Assembly: GCA_964430735.1 (NCBI GenBank) | Contig: CAYSFB010000002.1 | Span: forward strand, 222,027-286,026 | Direction: 5' to 3' | DNA from: an uncultured Planctomycetia bacterium | GTDB taxonomy: Bacteria; Omnitrophota; Gorgyraeia; 2-02-FULL-51-18; JAGOUK01 | Length of the DNA: 64,000 nucleotides | In this document: positions 60,875 to 64,000 of the stretch, one piece after another | Numbering within the stretch: the stretch's first letter is position 1 | How the letters are laid out: each line of letters starts with the position of its first letter | Program-made: the position numbers and the translations under genes | Notes under the pieces: model-generated | Database searches by the model: none | What the model saw: the letters and a program-made list of their open reading frames with translations, nothing else | What the model was told of the DNA's origin: nothing

Positions 60875-61822
60875 TTAGGCCAGCGCGAGCTGGTCGAGGA
60901 AGGCGTCGATCTGGCCGCGGTGCTGGAGGGGTTTGACCGCTTCGAAGCAAGGCGCGTACCGGGGGTCCCCCGCGGCGATCTGCTTCACGAACTGCTTGAG
61001 GCGGCCGACGGTCGGCTCCCCGTCCGGATAATGCCGGTCGCACAGGCCGACGAAGCGGCGCAGCAGAGCCGGCAGGTCGGTGTCCAGAGGGGCCGCTCCC
61101 CCGTTCCGGATACGGGCGAAGATCCAGGGGTCGCGCAGGATGGCGCGGCCGATCATGAAGCTTGAGCAGCCGGTCTCGGAGCGGCAACGGTCGAAGTCGG
61201 CCGGCGTAAAGATGTCGCCGTTGGCGATGAGCGGGGTTGTGAGCGTCTTCTGCAGCAGCGCGAGACGGTTCCAGTGCGCGGGCGGGCGGTACATCTCTTC
61301 CTTGGTGCGCGCGTGAACGGCGATCCAGCGGGGCTTGAGCTCGTCGACCATTCGCGCGATCGCGAACACGTCGTCGGGGTTCTCCCAGCCGAGCCGCATC
61401 TTCACCGAGACCGGAATCTTCACGGCGGCCTGCACTGCCTGAATCACGTCGCGCATGGCCTCGGGTTTTTTGAGCATCGCGGCGCCGCCTTCGTTGCGGT
61501 TCACGGTCTTGGCCGGACAGCCGAAGTTGAGGTCGATGCCGGTCGCGCCCATCCGTTCGAGGGTCTTCGAGGTGAGCGCCATGCGTTCGGGATGACTGCC
61601 GAGCAGCTGCGGAAGGATCGGCGTGCCGGCCGGCGTTTTCCAGCCGTCCTTGGCTTCGGGAACGTATTTGCGGATGACTTTTTCGGGAACGACATGGATG
61701 GAAACGCGAATGAACTCGGACACGCACAGGTCCACGCCGCCGAGCGACGTGATGAGATCGCGGATCACCACATCCGTCACGCCCTCCATGGGGGCGAGCA
61801 TCAAATGCGGCGCGGAACTCAT
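60875..61822 (-). CDS. tRNA-dihydrouridine synthase (Dus family, DusA/DusC-like); second Dus paralogue in the window
   Basis: LAPMEGVTDVVIRDL, IDLNFGCPAKTV, a Lys in the active-site region and the TIM-barrel pattern. Confidence 0.8.
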   Translation of the reverse strand: MSSAPHLMLAPMEGVTDVVIRDLITSLGGVDLCVSEFIRVSIHVVPEKVIRKYVPEAKDGWKTPAGTPILPQLLGSHPERMALTSKTLERMGATGIDLNFGCPAKTVNRNEGGAAMLKKPEAMRDVIQAVQAAVKIPVSVKMRLGWENPDDVFAIARMVDELKPRWIAVHARTKEEMYRPPAHWNRLALLQKTLTTPLIANGDIFTPADFDRCRSETGCSSFMIGRAILRDPWIFARIRNGGAAPLDTDLPALLRRFVGLCDRHYPDGEPTVGRLKQFVKQIAAGDPRYAPCFEAVKPLQHRGQIDAFLDQLALA

Positions 61823-62062
61823 TTATTCGGGTTCGCCGTACATGTCGGCCCAGTCGTTCAGGTGCTTGGCGACCATGCGGATCGCCTCGACCGTGAGCCC
61901 CGGGAATCCGGACTTGGAATAATTGGCGGTGCGGAATTCCCCTTCCTCGGACACGGCGATGAACATCAGATGTGAGAACGGCATCCCCATCTGATCGCCG
62001 AAGTTCTGGATCAGGCTTTCCGCGCTCTCACGGACGGGTTCGTTCAAAATACCTTCCTGCAT
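61823..62062 (-). CDS. Small hypothetical protein (79 aa), immediately upstream of dus
   Basis: An ORF whose stop abuts the dus start. No domain I can recognise. Confidence 0.35.
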   Translation of the reverse strand: MQEGILNEPVRESAESLIQNFGDQMGMPFSHLMFIAVSEEGEFRTANYSKSGFPGLTVEAIRMVAKHLNDWADMYGEPE

Positions 62063-62075
62063 GGACTCTCCTTGG

Positions 62076-62537
62076 TTAGGCGGACGCGAGGTCGTCGTCG
62101 GTGATGTCCTGGCGGATAAAAAACCGCCGGTCGTCGAATTCTTCGATGAGACGCAGCTCTTCTTCGACGGTGAGCGGCGCTTTGCGGAAAACGGCGGCCG
62201 GAGCCGGGACGGCCTGGGTCATGACGGCCGGAATCGAGGCGACCTGGGCGGGCCTGGGCTTTTCCATGACCAGCACCGAGAGCGACGCGATGAGCAGGCA
62301 TGCTAGAGCGCCCGCGCCGATGGAAAGTCCGACCGGCAGCTTGAAGCCCGATGCGAACCAGCGGCCCGGCTTCGGGCGCGCGGCGGCGCGGTCCGCTTCG
62401 ATGCGGCGCATCACGTCGTCTTTGAATCCTTTGAGCACGTCGGCGGGAACCGGCTTCATCCGGGCTTCCTCCAGCATTTTTTCGATCTCCCGTTCGTCGG
62501 GCCCGGGCTCGGGGGTGCGGTCAGACGGCATTTCCAA
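62076..62537 (-). CDS. Putative anti-sigma factor (single-pass membrane protein)
   Basis: Overlaps the ECF sigma gene by 17 nt. One TM helix (LPVGLSIGAGALACLLIASLSVLVM). Small N-terminal cytoplasmic domain. Confidence 0.5.
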   Translation of the reverse strand: MEMPSDRTPEPGPDEREIEKMLEEARMKPVPADVLKGFKDDVMRRIEADRAAARPKPGRWFASGFKLPVGLSIGAGALACLLIASLSVLVMEKPRPAQVASIPAVMTQAVPAPAAVFRKAPLTVEEELRLIEEFDDRRFFIRQDITDDDLASA

Positions 62538-63093
62538 GTCCCTCCCTGTTGCTGAAAAACTTCTTTAAATTCCCGATCGCCTGAAAACACGTCGCCTTCA
62601 CCGTTCCCGACGCGACTTCCATCGACGCGGCCGTGTCCTCGACGGACAGGCCCGCGAAGTACCGCAGCGTGACCGCCTTGCGCTGGTTCGGCGGCAGCTG
62701 ACTCACCGCTTCGGTGAGCGCGGTCTTGAGTTCCTCGTCACGCATCAGCTGCTCCATCGGGACCGACCCGTCCTCGACGGATTCGAAGATGCTCATATCT
62801 TCCTGCGTCGTCTCGCGGCGCCTGCGCACGAAGTCGAGCGCCTGATTCGTCACGATCCGGTACAGCCACGTCGTGAACTTGGACCGGCTCTCAAAACGCG
62901 CGAGCGCGGAGTAGGCCTTCACAAACGCGTCCTGAGCCACGTCGCGCGCGTCGGCGTAATTGCGCGTGATCGTGTAAGCGAGGCCGATCGCTTTTTCCTG
63001 ATGGCGCAGGACCAATTCACCGAACGCGGCCGTATCGCCGGACCGCGCCCGCACCGCCAATGCTTCGTCCGTGACCCGCTTCAGATCGGACAA
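62521..63093 (-). CDS. ECF-family RNA polymerase sigma-70 factor
   Basis: Region 2: FGELVLRHQEKAIGLAYTITRNYADARDVAQDAFVKAY...TWLYRIVTNQALD. Region 4: QRKAVTLRYFAGLSVEDTAASMEVASGTVK. Confidence 0.85.
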   Translation of the reverse strand: MSDLKRVTDEALAVRARSGDTAAFGELVLRHQEKAIGLAYTITRNYADARDVAQDAFVKAYSALARFESRSKFTTWLYRIVTNQALDFVRRRRETTQEDMSIFESVEDGSVPMEQLMRDEELKTALTEAVSQLPPNQRKAVTLRYFAGLSVEDTAASMEVASGTVKATCFQAIGNLKKFFSNREGLGNAV

Positions 63094-63684
63094 CTAACGC
63101 CCGTCCTGCTGCCGGCGCGGTCCGTCCCGTCTCGGGCGCGGCCGATCCTCCGGACGGGGTCCGGGGCGGTAGATCTCCTGCCGGAATTCCTGACGGATCA
63201 TACGCGGCTGCTGCAGATCCGGGTTTGCCGGACCGGAAAAGCGATATTCCGCATGACTGCGGCGCAGCTCGATCTGCTGAAATGACTCGGGGTCATGTTC
63301 GCGCATCCAATTGCGACGCTTCTCGATCAAACTCTCGCGGTGCTGCTGCATCCGCTCGAACGCTTCGGGATTTTCCTCGCGTAAATGCTCGAAGCGGGGT
63401 TTCATGCGCTTTTGGCGCCGCTCCAGCACCCGTTGATAGGTCTCCGGATCCTTCTCCTTGAGCTCATCCAACCGCTTCTGCGCGCTGTTCCGGAGCTCGG
63501 TCACCTTGGCCTTAAACGCCTCCGGATCCTTCTCCTTAAGCTCCATCAGCTCCCGCCGCCGCTCCATATAAGCCGAGCGAGCAGCTTCCCTGTTGCCCCC
63601 ATCGTCAGCTAGAGCTGTAAATGGCATGGAGACAGTTAATAGAAAAAGTATCCAGATTACTGAGGTCTTAAATTTAATCTTCAT
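63094..63684 (-). CDS. Secreted alpha-helical repeat protein, first gene of the ECF sigma operon (Spy/CpxP-like periplasmic stress protein candidate)
   Basis: Signal peptide MKIKFKTSVIWILFLLTVSMPFTALA. Repeated EKDPEAF/EKDPETY/EENPEAF/EHDPESF helical units. Basic Pro/Arg-rich C-terminus. Confidence 0.5.
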   Translation of the reverse strand: MKIKFKTSVIWILFLLTVSMPFTALADDGGNREAARSAYMERRRELMELKEKDPEAFKAKVTELRNSAQKRLDELKEKDPETYQRVLERRQKRMKPRFEHLREENPEAFERMQQHRESLIEKRRNWMREHDPESFQQIELRRSHAEYRFSGPANPDLQQPRMIRQEFRQEIYRPGPRPEDRPRPRRDGPRRQQDGR

Positions 63685-63746
63685 CTCACTAGTTTAGACG
63701 ACTTACCGGTAAAAAAGTTTACCCGCCCCAAAGCCTTATTTTGGAC

Positions 63747-63893
63747 CGCCGTCCGGAGGAAAGAACGTCGTCGAAGGGCTTTTGCTCCGACGAGACGTCC
63801 CCGCCGAGGAGGAGCAAGGAGCGAGCGCGCGTTACCTTAGGCCGCGCGCGAGCGGCTCCGCCCGGAGATGACGTTCTTTCCTCCGGACGGCGG
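63747..63893. repeat. 24-bp perfect inverted repeat (CCGCCGTCCGGAGGAAAGAACGTC) flanking a 99-bp GC-rich spacer; MITE-like or large RNA hairpin
   Basis: The arm at 63747-63770 pairs with its reverse complement at 63870-63893. The spacer holds a further palindrome GGCCGCGCGCGAGCGGC. The two small ORFs the track calls here mirror each other because of the inverted repeat. Confidence 0.6.
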
Positions 63894-63914
63894 CCGATCA
63901 CGAGCTTACGCTCG

Positions 63915-64000
63915 TTAGAGTTTTTTGCCAGTCAGCTGTTCGTACGCGCTCTTGTAGGCTTCTGAGGTCTTAGTCACGACATCCGCAGGCAACTGGGGGG
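63915..64000 (-). CDS. 3' end of a gene running off the window (possibly purC-like SAICAR synthetase)
   Basis: The C-terminal peptide ...QLPADVVTKTSEAYKSAYEQLTGKKL* resembles PurC C-termini (...EAY...LTGK). Only 28 codons are visible. Confidence 0.3.
   Translation of the reverse strand, partial: PQLPADVVTKTSEAYKSAYEQLTGKKL

Noticed and set aside
63719-63965. Two small ORFs (60 aa minus, 74 aa plus) sharing an RRPEERTSS peptide
   Set aside because: Both are generated by the 24-bp inverted repeat. The mirror-image peptides come from palindromic DNA, not from coding constraint.
1-64000. Searched for CRISPR arrays, rRNA genes, transposase or integrase genes, and phage structural genes
   Set aside because: I saw no short regularly spaced direct repeats, rRNA-like conserved segments or DDE/tyrosine-recombinase motifs. 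The low-GC patch carries no recognisable mobility gene, so its mobility is inferred from composition and the truncated flanking gene alone.

Overview
This is a high-GC (~62-65%) chromosomal segment from a Gram-negative bacterium, judged from outer-membrane barrels, lipoproteins and a TolB-like protein. Almost all genes lie on the minus strand. Housekeeping genes I can support are: ahpC (5' part), gltX with a tRNA-Gln(CUG) directly downstream, gltB/gltD, nadA, two tRNA-dihydrouridine synthases, rlmH, a cold-shock protein, arfB, rnd, a DEAD-box helicase, a Ski2-like helicase, a deoxyhypusine-synthase-like gene and an ECF sigma/anti-sigma operon. There is also a four-gene phosphorelay operon whose sensor kinase carries two periplasmic sensor domains (Cache and CHASE). 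Two accessory regions stand out. Region 1, about 11.2-25.9 kb, is a Csu/spore-coat-protein-U (SCPU)-like 'archaic' chaperone-usher-type surface-fibre locus. It has five SCPU-like secreted subunits, including an A-B-A-B tandem duplication. It has a three-domain SCPU fusion protein, a PapD-like chaperone that is GTGA-coupled to a large outer-membrane protein with Cna-B-like repeats, and a second ~950-aa outer-membrane barrel. It ends with a PilZ-TM-coiled-coil-glycoside-hydrolase-like protein, which suggests c-di-GMP control. Region 2, about 41.9-55.6 kb, is an 11-kb gene for a 3669-aa secreted RHS/YD-repeat giant protein. That protein has an internal ILEI/PANDER-like domain, a Cys-less C39-like domain, a long glycine-zipper hydrophobic segment and an unassigned C-terminal domain. 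The C-terminal ~850 codons, a TolB-like lipoprotein and two TPR lipoproteins (each preceded by the same ~210-bp element) sit in a low-GC patch of roughly 42-55% GC. This patch ends by truncating a response-regulator gene. That fits a horizontally exchanged C-terminal effector plus accessory/immunity cassette of a polymorphic-toxin-like system. I found no CRISPR array, rRNA, transposase or integrase. Many long plus-strand ORFs are antisense artefacts of the high GC content.
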